32,536 nucleotides of DNA from Candidatus Saccharimonadota bacterium. GTDB taxonomy: Bacteria > Patescibacteriota > Saccharimonadia > Saccharimonadales > Saccharimonadaceae. Positions 5,411-13,306 of this stretch are shown here, piece after piece (the stretch's first letter is position 1; each line of letters begins with the position of its first letter). The translations under genes and the position numbers were made by a program. The stretch lies in contig DAIDJW010000001.1 in assembly GCA_027451185.1 (NCBI GenBank), forward strand, positions 1-32,536, in the 5' to 3' direction. Below the pieces are notes generated by a model that was given only the letters and a program-made list of their open reading frames with translations, was not told the origin of the DNA and did no database searches.

Positions 5411-6712
5411 ATGTCAAAAAAAGAATTACCCAAAGTTATTGTTACACTTGATAAAATTGTCGGCGGCGGCCAAGCGCTTGCGACCATGGATGATGGCCGC
5501 AAGCTTTTTGTGTGGGGCGGCTTGCCGGGCGAAAAAGTTGAAGTCCAACAGACCAAAAAGAAATCACATCTGGCCGAAGGTGTGGTGACACAAGTTATCG
5601 AGGCTGCCAAGGATAGAGTAGAGCCACGCGATCCAGAAAGCTATCTTTCGACCAGCCCCTGGCAAATTATGAGCGAGCCCGCCGAACAGCATTATAAAGC
5701 CGCCTTAATCGAGGAGGCTTTTGAGTTGCACGATATCGTTTTGCCTGATCCAATCGAAATGGCTCAGCCGTTAGAATTTTACGAATATCGTAACAAAATG
5801 GAATTTAGTTTTTGGTGGGACAAAGATTCCGGACAAGTTGAATTGTCATTTTTCCGCCGTGGCACGCATGGCAAAATTCCGGTTCAAGGCAGTAGCTTGG
5901 CACGTCCAAGTATTAACCGAGCAGCCGCCAGGTTGCGCGATATTTTACGCACCCGCCAGGTGCCGGCTTTTAGTTTAAAGACGGTCATCGTCCGCTCTAG
6001 CCAGCAAGATAAAATCGTCATGCAACTTTATGCTATGCAGTCCGATTTTGAGCCACTCAGCGACGCCGAGCTGGAACGGCTAGGCGTTCAGGGATTTGAA
6101 CTAATTTATAGTAATCCACAGAGCCCAGCCAGCGTCATCACAAAGCGCCTGCAAACCGTCGGTGACGTTACTTTAACTGACACAATTCTAGGCGTGCCAT
6201 TTAATTATGCCGCCGAAAGTTTCTTTCAAATTAACCTGCCGGTTTACGAGCAGGCATTAATTGACATGAAACGCTTTGTTGGGCCCGACACGCCAACGGT
6301 TGATCTTTACAGCGGCGTAGGCAGCATCGGTCTGACGATTGGCAGCCAAAAGGTGACTTTAGTCGAGATTAACGAGTCGGCTGTTCACGAAATGGAACGC
6401 AATATCCACGACTTGGGCCGCGATGGCAGCGCCACGCCAGTTCTTGCGGCTAGTGAAGCGGCTTTAGATTATATCCACGGCGACGCCCAAATCATCGTCG
6501 ACCCGCCGCGGGCTGGCCTGCATAGCGCGGTGATTGAACGGATTTTAAATGCTGAGCCAAGCCGTATTATTTACCTAAGCTGCAACCCCGTCACTCAGGC
6601 ACGCGACGTCGCCCTGCTGGGCGAAAAATACGGTGTTTTATATCACAAGGGTTACAATTTCTTCCCACGCACACCCCACATTGAGCATTTAGTCGTACTT
6701 GACAAGAAGTAG
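5411..6712 (+). CDS. SAM-dependent RNA (uracil-5-)-methyltransferase with an N-terminal TRAM domain (RlmD/RlmCD/TrmA family).
   Basis: TRAM-like N-terminus (GGGQALATMDDGRKLFVWGGLPGEKVEV), FFQIN, DLYSGVGSIGL, VDPPRAGL, YLSCNP. The Fe-S cysteines of E. coli RumA are absent. Confidence 0.85.
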   Translation: MSKKELPKVIVTLDKIVGGGQALATMDDGRKLFVWGGLPGEKVEVQQTKKKSHLAEGVVTQVIEAAKDRVEPRDPESYLSTSPWQIMSEPAEQHYKAALIEEAFELHDIVLPDPIEMAQPLEFYEYRNKMEFSFWWDKDSGQVELSFFRRGTHGKIPVQGSSLARPSINRAAARLRDILRTRQVPAFSLKTVIVRSSQQDKIVMQLYAMQSDFEPLSDAELERLGVQGFELIYSNPQSPASVITKRLQTVGDVTLTDTILGVPFNYAAESFFQINLPVYEQALIDMKRFVGPDTPTVDLYSGVGSIGLTIGSQKVTLVEINESAVHEMERNIHDLGRDGSATPVLAASEAALDYIHGDAQIIVDPPRAGLHSAVIERILNAEPSRIIYLSCNPVTQARDVALLGEKYGVLYHKGYNFFPRTPHIEHLVVLDKK

Positions 6713-6753
6713 TCAGTAGACATCGCCTTGCTTATGGTTTATATTAATAATTA

Positions 6754-8823
6754 ATGAGAAGACGTGGCTTCACCCTGGTCGAGTTGCTGATTGTTATTTC
6801 TGTGATCGGCATTTTAACGACCGTCGCAGCCATTAGTTATTCGGTTGTTCAACGTAATTCGCGCGACACTGTTCGCGCCGCGCAACTAGCAACCATCGAT
6901 AATGCGCTTGAAGATTATTATCAAAAAAACGGCGAATATCCACCAGCGCGTAATATTGTTAATAGTTATAGCAGCAACACCGCCCAATCGGTCGCCAACT
7001 TATTGGGTATTAACGCCTCAAACCTCGATCTGCCAGGCTGCCCAACCGGCGTAAATCCATTCATTAGTTCACCGACTAATGCTACGACTTGCACAATCGT
7101 TTACCAGCCGTCGTCGAATATCAATAACACCACTTGCGAAACTGCTACCAACGGTGGTTGTGATTCGTTTGTGTTGACTTATTCTAAAGAAAGTGGCCAG
7201 ACAGTAGCTATCAATAGTCGACGCTCTGGCCGACCGGAAGGCGCCGTAGCCGACGCACCACCGGCGCCAACTGTCACGGTTAGCGGTAGCGGCACAACCG
7301 CCACCGCCCAGTCGTCGGTTGCCCAGTGCGGCAGTGCCACAACACCTAAATATTCATTTAATTACCGTCCAAGCGGTGGGGCGTGGGGCAGCTGGACTAT
7401 TTTTCAGGCCAACCCCAGTTATTCTTATGGCGGCTTAACCGTCGGCAGTAATTATGGTTTTGAGGTTGAAGCCCGTTGCGATAATGGCGCCTACATCGGC
7501 AACCTTAGCAACCCAAGCGCCGAGGTTATCTATCAAGTGCCGATACCAGCGCCGACAGCAACGACAGTTACAACAAGCGCCGAAACAAGTACCGGCGTAG
7601 CCTTTTCGTGGCCAGCTCAACAATACGCCACCAGTTATAATTATCAATACCGCATCAATGGCGGCGCCTGGTCATCTAACCAGTCAACTACTAGCACGGC
7701 CGCAACAATTAGTAGCTCTAATGGCGCCCATGTTGAACTACAAGCTCAAGCGGTTAACCCAACCGGTACATCTGGCTGGTCGAACATTGCCAGCGGCTAC
7801 TTACTGCCGGCGGCCCCGACAGCATCGTACACATCCGTCACCACTACAACCATGGTCTTCAATTGGACGACCGTCACCGGGGCAACTCGTTACGAATTTC
7901 AGTATCGAGTCAATAGCGGCGCCTGGTCGGGTACGGTTAACGACGGCGCGTCAACGACCTGGACGGCCGGACCGACTACACCCGGTACAAGAATTGAAAT
8001 CCAGGTACATGCCATTAACAGCGACGGTAATGCTGGACCATGGTCGACCGTCGTCGGTACAACCCTAGGTATCGGAACGCCTGCCTGGAACGCTTGGGGT
8101 CGCACCGATACCTTTCCAACTTGGACAACTTGGGTATACAACAACAGCGGTGCGTCGCTGTGCGGTGGCGCAAGTATCTATTCGTCATTCCACGATGGTG
8201 TTGTTAACTCATTCTGGAATGGCTGGGGCGCCTTTGGTAGCAACGGCGGTAGTTCAGAAACGCTGCATTATGGATCATACATCGCCAGCTACTACACAAC
8301 CTTACAAACTGAAATTCAAGGCTACTGTCGTAACGACGCCACCGGCGTGCAGTCGCCAACCATTAGTAGCGGCGTCAGCACGACGACACACGCCCAACCA
8401 AATGTTGTGCTGTCGGGGCCCGTGGTGTGCGCCGGCACATATTCGGGGCGTAGCGCTTTCCAAATAAGGTTACAGGTCCAAGAAACTAGCTATAACCTTG
8501 ACGCCGACCAAAGTAATGTTCACTGGTACTTATACCGATATGCCGCCGCATCTGGCTGGCAGACATACGACCAAACTAAAACCTGGCCATGGTCGGTTAG
8601 TGTCAACGGGTCTGGTTGGTCGGGTAGTAGTAACTCTGGCCGCTGGCGATATTCGGCTAGCGTTGTTGGCGATACCGAAGGAATCGCTTCGGGTGACGTT
8701 ACGGTTACCCACGACGGCAACGGTAACGCCACGATTGGTTTCTCGGGGTCAGATGGACCGGGCAGTTCCATTTTCGGCAGCGCATCGTGTTCTGGCGCCT
8801 ATGGTTTATCTAAATTACGCTAA
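6754..8823 (+). CDS. Large type IV pilin-like protein (689 aa) with three tandem Fn3-like modules and a C-terminal domain resembling phage tail / DUF859-type proteins.
   Basis: MRRRG|FTLVELLIVISVIGIL prepilin motif. Three repeats of about 90 aa each carry Y-x-F/Y-x-YR-x-xGGAW (YSFNYRPSGGAWGSW, YNYQYRINGGAWSS, YEFQYRVNSGAWSG). C-terminus: SYNLDADQSNVHWYLYRY...WSVSVNGSGWSGS...GDVTVTHDGNGNATIGFSGS. Confidence 0.85.
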   Translation: MRRRGFTLVELLIVISVIGILTTVAAISYSVVQRNSRDTVRAAQLATIDNALEDYYQKNGEYPPARNIVNSYSSNTAQSVANLLGINASNLDLPGCPTGVNPFISSPTNATTCTIVYQPSSNINNTTCETATNGGCDSFVLTYSKESGQTVAINSRRSGRPEGAVADAPPAPTVTVSGSGTTATAQSSVAQCGSATTPKYSFNYRPSGGAWGSWTIFQANPSYSYGGLTVGSNYGFEVEARCDNGAYIGNLSNPSAEVIYQVPIPAPTATTVTTSAETSTGVAFSWPAQQYATSYNYQYRINGGAWSSNQSTTSTAATISSSNGAHVELQAQAVNPTGTSGWSNIASGYLLPAAPTASYTSVTTTTMVFNWTTVTGATRYEFQYRVNSGAWSGTVNDGASTTWTAGPTTPGTRIEIQVHAINSDGNAGPWSTVVGTTLGIGTPAWNAWGRTDTFPTWTTWVYNNSGASLCGGASIYSSFHDGVVNSFWNGWGAFGSNGGSSETLHYGSYIASYYTTLQTEIQGYCRNDATGVQSPTISSGVSTTTHAQPNVVLSGPVVCAGTYSGRSAFQIRLQVQETSYNLDADQSNVHWYLYRYAAASGWQTYDQTKTWPWSVSVNGSGWSGSSNSGRWRYSASVVGDTEGIASGDVTVTHDGNGNATIGFSGSDGPGSSIFGSASCSGAYGLSKLR

Positions 8824-8833
8824 CGAAAATTAG

Positions 8834-9322
8834 CTAGCTGGTTTTAATACGCCGATAAGCGAATTTGGTTTTAACGCGCCAACCGCCGTGAGAATCAGCA
8901 TCAAACTGATATATCTGGCCATTTTTAACCTCATTAATCATGACCAGGGCCGGGTTATAAGGGGCCAAAGTTTTATAAAAAGCTAGGTCTTCGCTGGTGA
9001 CATTGCCGCGACCCGGAAAAACCATTCGAAACTTTGCGGCAGCGATTTCTTCAAAATACTGCGGCCGACCCTTAGGTGGTAAATATAGTTCAGCCTTTAA
9101 ACCAACTCGCGATACAATCTTCTTCACATCGTCGAGCAATAATTTTGATTGGCCTTGAATATAAAGGTAGAGCTGTTTTTTATCACTCAAAAAAAGCGTC
9201 GCCACGTCGGTGCGACTGACCGGTAGATTCCTTGCGATTACCGTGTCAACTTCGAGACTTACTCCGAACTGCGCCCGCACCAGCTTTTCAAGATGAAAGT
9301 CGTCATACATCTGGTCGTTCAT
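8834..9322 (-). CDS. Hypothetical protein (about 162 aa).
   Basis: The track ORF begins at a GTG (9337). I prefer the ATG at 9322 (MNDQMYDD) because TACAAT (9334..9329) lies 6 nt upstream. No family recognised. Confidence 0.55.
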   Translation of the reverse strand: MNDQMYDDFHLEKLVRAQFGVSLEVDTVIARNLPVSRTDVATLFLSDKKQLYLYIQGQSKLLLDDVKKIVSRVGLKAELYLPPKGRPQYFEEIAAAKFRMVFPGRGNVTSEDLAFYKTLAPYNPALVMINEVKNGQIYQFDADSHGGWRVKTKFAYRRIKTS

Positions 9323-9328
9323 AGGCAT

Positions 9329-9334
9329 ATTGTA
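9329..9334 (-). promoter_or_regulatory. -10 box TACAAT, 6 nt upstream of ATG 9322 (leaderless-type).
   Basis: Minus strand TACAAT-ATGCCT-ATG. Confidence 0.35.
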
Positions 9335-9346
9335 CACCGTCAGGCG

Positions 9347-9352
9347 TATAAT
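9347..9352 (+). promoter_or_regulatory. -10 box TATAAT, 8 nt upstream of ATG 9361, with no SD (leaderless-type).
   Basis: TATAAT-gataagta-ATG. Confidence 0.45.
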
Positions 9353-9360
9353 GATAAGTA

Positions 9361-12300
9361 ATGGAGTTTAATGAACGTTACCACAAGTTAAATGACGCCC
9401 AAAAAAAGGCGGTCGATACTATTGATGGTCCAGTGATGGTCGTGGCCGGCCCAGGTACCGGCAAGACCGAACTTTTAAGCGTCCGTGCGGCCAATATCTT
9501 ACAAAAAACCGACACTCTACCAGAAAACATTTTGTGCTTAACTTTTACCGAAAGCGGCGCCGCTGCCATGCGCGAACGTCTGGTGGGTATTATTGGGCGC
9601 GATGCCTATAAAATTGCCGTTCATACTTTTCATAGTTTTGGTAGCGAGATTATATCGAATAACCGCGACTATTTTTATCGTGGCGCCAAGTTTCAGCCAG
9701 CTGACGAGCTAGCGACCTATGAGATTTTGCGCGCAATTTTTGCCACGCTCGACTACAACAACCCGCTAGCCTCGGTTATGAACGATGAGTTCACCTACCT
9801 GCGTGACACCCAAAGAATTATCTCGCAGCTAAAAAGTAGCGGCCTGACCAGCGACGAACTGCGGACCGTTTTAAATACTAACGACCTAACAATCGACGTC
9901 GTCGAGCAACTGCTTGCCCCAATTTTTGTCGAGCGCAGCAGCAAACAAACCGTCGCTAAACTCGAAGCTCAGCTGGATAAAATTCGCGCTATCGACGATC
10001 AGCAAATTTTACCAGAGATTCCACGCTTGTCGGTTATGTTGGCCGATAATCTAGCCTTAGCGATTGACCAATTTCATGAAATTAACAAAACTTCACCCAT
10101 TACAGCCTGGCGGGAGAGTTGGTTCAAAAAAGATAATAGTGGCAAATATATTTTAAAAGCGCGCGCGCAACAGCTGAAACTACGGGCAGTCGACCAAATT
10201 TATTATGAATATATAAGCCACATGGAGCAGGCGGGCTTATATGATTTTGATGATATGATCCTGCAGGTGGTGCACGCCTTATCGGTGAACGACGACCTAC
10301 GTTTTAATCTGCAGGAAAAGTATCTCTATATTATGGTCGACGAATTCCAGGACACCAACCTAGCCCAAATGCGCATTGTGCGCAGCTTAACCGACAACCC
10401 GGCCAGCGAAGGTAAGCCAAATATCATGGTGGTTGGCGATGACGACCAGGCAATTTATAGTTTTCAGGGAGCTTTAGTCAGTAATATCTTAGATTTTGAA
10501 CACGAATTTCCAAGCTTGAAGCGAATTGTCTTGACCGACAATTACCGTTCGGCCGCTGAAATCTTAAAAAGTGCTCGATCGGTGATTAGGCTAGGCCAAG
10601 ACAGGCTTGAGGACCGTATTGACGGCCTGTCAAAAGAACTCACCGCCAAAAAACCCGGCGCTGGACAGGTACAGTTGCACGAAGCCACGACTGCGCTTGA
10701 CGAGCGCCACTGGCTAGTCGAAAGTATCGCCGCCGATATTAAAAAGGGCACCAAACCGTCTGACATCGCCGTCTTTACGCGGCATCACCGCGATATCGCC
10801 AGCTTACTGCCATTCTTTGCCCACGCCAAAATTAATGTTCATTACGAGCGTCGCGACAACGTCCTAGGGCTTGAACCAATTGTGCAACTAGAGTATTTGG
10901 CGCGTGTTGTGATTGCTATGGCTAACAGCCAACTAGAGCTAGCCGATAGCCTCTTGCCAGAGTTATTAGCTCATCCAGCCTGGGGGTTTAGTGCCAGCGA
11001 TATCTGGAAACTGAGCGTTAACGCCCACGACAACCATGCCCGCTGGTTAGACACGATGGCTATCACACCTAAATTTGTCGACCTTCAGGAATGGTTAACC
11101 GAAATGGCTATGCGTTCGCGCTATACACCGCTCGAAGCGATGCTTGACCTACTAATCGGTCGACCGAACGAGGCCGTCGAAGCGCTATCCTTTACTAGTT
11201 CGTTTTACAATTATTTCTTTTCGTCGACAGCCCTAGACCAAGACCCCGAAAGCTATTTACTATTCCTTAACGGTCTGCGCAGCTTGCGCAATAAATTAAG
11301 CGACTACAAGGCTGGCGAGGGTTTGAAGCTTGAGGGTTTGACTGAATTTATCGACTTACATCGCCGTCTTGGCAGCACTATACGCGTTAACGGTGTCGGT
11401 GACGAGCGGGTTGATAACGCGGTCAATTTAATGACCGCGCACGCCTCGAAGGGACTTGAGTTTGATACGGTGTACGTTGTTGGTGCCATTGACAAGACAT
11501 GGGGCGAAAAAGCCCGCCCCGGCCAGCGCTTGATTAGTTATCCCGAAAACTTACAGCAACTAGCCCCAGCCGGCGAAACCACCGATGAAAGATTGCGCTT
11601 GTTCTACGTTGCTTTAACACGCGCCAAAAAATCACTGCATATCAGCTACAGTCTTCACGACGATAAAGATAAAGGCTGCCTACGAGTTAGCTTTTTAGCT
11701 GGCGATGGCTGGGCTGTTAAACCAATTACTGCGCCTAAGACGATCGCGGCTGCGACCGAGATGCTAGCCACTGCTTGGTACGAGCCATTGGTGACACCTA
11801 CGACCGAGTTAAATCAATTGCTAGCACCAATTCTACATAACTACAAACTTAGTGCTACCCATTTGAACGCTTTTGTTGACGTCGTTAAGGGTGGTCCGCA
11901 AGCCTTTTTATTGAATCACTTATTACGCTTTCCGCAGGCCCCAAGTCCGCAACTATCGTACGGTCGAGCCATCCACCAAACGCTACAACAAGCCCATTTG
12001 CATTTAACGAAGACTGGCGAAAAAAGACCACTCGAAGATATTTTAGGCGATCTTGAAACCAATTTACAAGCTCAGCGCCTTAGCGCCCTCGATTACGAAA
12101 CCTACTTGCAGCAGGGGAGCGACGAACTACGAACCTACCTTAACGCTCGCTACGATAGCTTTACACCTGAACAAAAAACCGAGCTAAACTTTGCCGGTCA
12201 AAACTCAGTTGTCGGCGACGCGATTTTAACCGGATCGCTTGACCTTGTTTTAATTAATGACGTCGATAAAACAATCGACATCACTGATTATAAAACCGGT

Positions 12301-12645
12301 AAGCCAAGCTATAGTTGGGCTGGCAAAAAAGATTACGAAAAAATTAAACTTCATAAATACCGCCAGCAGCTAATGTTTTATAAGCTGCTCGTCGAGCACG
12401 CTCGCGACTATGGACGCTACACCGTAGCGACTGGCTCATTAGACTTTATTCAGCCGACCAAGGACGGCGATGTTATTACCTTGACGACCGATTTTAGCCA
12501 CGACGAGCTTGAGCGGACCGAAAAACTAATTGCTGCCGTCTGGAAGCATATCAAAAACCTTCAGCTGCCCGATGTTGCCGCTTACGAACATGACTACAAG
12601 GGCGTGCTGGCTTTTGAGCAGGACTTGATTGACGATAAAATTTAA
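9361..12645 (+). CDS. UvrD/PcrA-type SF1 helicase fused to a C-terminal PD-(D/E)XK (RecB-type) nuclease (AddA/AdnB-like).
   Basis: Walker A AGPGTGKT, motif II MVDEFQDTN, VVGDDDQAIYSFQGA, LTDNYRS, TAHASKGLEFDTVYV, YVALTRAKKSL. Nuclease motifs GSLDLV, ITDYKTGK, QQLMFYKLL. Confidence 0.9.
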   Translation: MEFNERYHKLNDAQKKAVDTIDGPVMVVAGPGTGKTELLSVRAANILQKTDTLPENILCLTFTESGAAAMRERLVGIIGRDAYKIAVHTFHSFGSEIISNNRDYFYRGAKFQPADELATYEILRAIFATLDYNNPLASVMNDEFTYLRDTQRIISQLKSSGLTSDELRTVLNTNDLTIDVVEQLLAPIFVERSSKQTVAKLEAQLDKIRAIDDQQILPEIPRLSVMLADNLALAIDQFHEINKTSPITAWRESWFKKDNSGKYILKARAQQLKLRAVDQIYYEYISHMEQAGLYDFDDMILQVVHALSVNDDLRFNLQEKYLYIMVDEFQDTNLAQMRIVRSLTDNPASEGKPNIMVVGDDDQAIYSFQGALVSNILDFEHEFPSLKRIVLTDNYRSAAEILKSARSVIRLGQDRLEDRIDGLSKELTAKKPGAGQVQLHEATTALDERHWLVESIAADIKKGTKPSDIAVFTRHHRDIASLLPFFAHAKINVHYERRDNVLGLEPIVQLEYLARVVIAMANSQLELADSLLPELLAHPAWGFSASDIWKLSVNAHDNHARWLDTMAITPKFVDLQEWLTEMAMRSRYTPLEAMLDLLIGRPNEAVEALSFTSSFYNYFFSSTALDQDPESYLLFLNGLRSLRNKLSDYKAGEGLKLEGLTEFIDLHRRLGSTIRVNGVGDERVDNAVNLMTAHASKGLEFDTVYVVGAIDKTWGEKARPGQRLISYPENLQQLAPAGETTDERLRLFYVALTRAKKSLHISYSLHDDKDKGCLRVSFLAGDGWAVKPITAPKTIAAATEMLATAWYEPLVTPTTELNQLLAPILHNYKLSATHLNAFVDVVKGGPQAFLLNHLLRFPQAPSPQLSYGRAIHQTLQQAHLHLTKTGEKRPLEDILGDLETNLQAQRLSALDYETYLQQGSDELRTYLNARYDSFTPEQKTELNFAGQNSVVGDAILTGSLDLVLINDVDKTIDITDYKTGKPSYSWAGKKDYEKIKLHKYRQQLMFYKLLVEHARDYGRYTVATGSLDFIQPTKDGDVITLTTDFSHDELERTEKLIAAVWKHIKNLQLPDVAAYEHDYKGVLAFEQDLIDDKI

Positions 12646-12665
12646 TTGTGACTACCGTCTAACTA

Positions 12666-12694
12666 TTGACAATAGATTAGGTTTCGGCTATAGT
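12666..12694 (+). promoter_or_regulatory. Consensus-like sigma70 promoter immediately after the helicase stop.
   Basis: TTGACA (12666..12671), 17-nt spacer, TATAGT (12689..12694). Confidence 0.6.
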
Positions 12695-12842
12695 TATACA
12701 GTTGATTTGAGGTTGTGAAACGTTGATAGCAAGTTTTTGGTATCCACATTTCACAATCTCGTCAGCACCTTGACAGAGATAGTGATAAGGTGGCTTGCCG
12801 CGAAATAACCCGCCCCCCCTGCGGGCAGTAACGACGAGTCTA

Positions 12843-12882
12843 GGCCTCGCCGTGGTTATCAACCAATAACCACGGCGAGGCC
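12843..12882 (+). repeat. Perfect 17-bp inverted repeat with a 6-nt loop (GC-rich hairpin).
   Basis: ggcctcgccgtggttat (12843..12859), caacca, ataaccacggcgaggcc (12866..12882). No U-tract follows. Confidence 0.9.
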
Positions 12883-12891
12883 GTCCAAGCA

Positions 12892-12954
12892 GGTCGTTCA
12901 TCGAATTAGCCGGGCCAAGACAATGATGTCTCCGCTATGATTCAATGAACGACC
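12892..12954 (+). repeat. 15-bp inverted repeat (1 mismatch) with a 33-nt spacer.
   Basis: ggtcgttcatcgaat (12892..12906) against attcaatgaacgacc (12940..12954). Confidence 0.8.
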
Positions 12955-12998
12955 GACTCATTCGAGCAACTTCAACTCCCCGGAAGGGGGTGAATAGT

Positions 12999-13154
12999 TT
13001 GTTCAAGTCGGAAGACGAGAAGCGCCGGGAGGCTGCCATCAAAGCCGAGCGCGTCTGCCCGGAGTGCAAGGGCACCGGTACCGTTGGCATCGGTGGACGT
13101 GGCTCGCTTTCGTCGTCGGTCTGTGGCACCTGCCACGGCACCGGGATGAAGTAG
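12999..13154 (+). CDS. Miniprotein (about 51 aa) with two DnaJ-type CxxCxGxG zinc-finger motifs and GC3-rich codons.
   Basis: CPECKGTG and CGTCHGTG. I prefer the TTG start at 12999, which has GGAAGGGGGTG ending 7 nt upstream. The track start at 12945 lies inside the hairpin arm and has no SD. Confidence 0.5.
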   Translation: MFKSEDEKRREAAIKAERVCPECKGTGTVGIGGRGSLSSSVCGTCHGTGMK

Positions 13155-13171
13155 CCTCGGCTGCTACAACT

Positions 13172-13207
13172 TGATGCGGGGCGCCCAATGACGTGCGCCC
13201 CGCATCA
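13172..13207 (+). terminator. 13-bp perfect GC-rich hairpin downstream of the zinc-finger ORF, with no U-tract.
   Basis: tgatgcggggcgc (13172..13184), 10-nt loop, gcgccccgcatca (13195..13207). Confidence 0.45.
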
Positions 13208-13306
13208 TGCCAATATTGACCGCTGCAGACAGTCACTATCTCTGTCCGCTTCACAGTTTTCATAAACTAGTTTTGTGGACAGTGTGAAACGTTTAAACTA
13301 ATAGAT

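Noticed and set aside
4240-5610. Antisense ORFs 4240..4431, 4593..5153 and 5173..5610 (-).
   Set aside because: They lie opposite strongly supported helicase and methyltransferase genes and have no signals of their own.
7435-8833. Alternative-frame ORFs within the 689-aa pilin gene: 7435..7647, 7658..8068, 7899..8144, 8150..8467, 8498..8833, 8520..8771 and 8530..8712.
   Set aside because: All are nested in one long ORF that has a coherent repeat architecture. Their translations are Arg/Pro-rich frame artefacts.
12677-13263. Minus-strand ORFs 12677..12901, 12935..13141 and 13039..13263, and the long form (12945) of the zinc-finger ORF.
   Set aside because: The minus ORFs run through the hairpins, have no SD, and give Arg/Pro/Gly-rich artefact-like translations. 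The 12945 start sits inside an inverted-repeat arm with no SD, whereas TTG 12999 has a strong SD.
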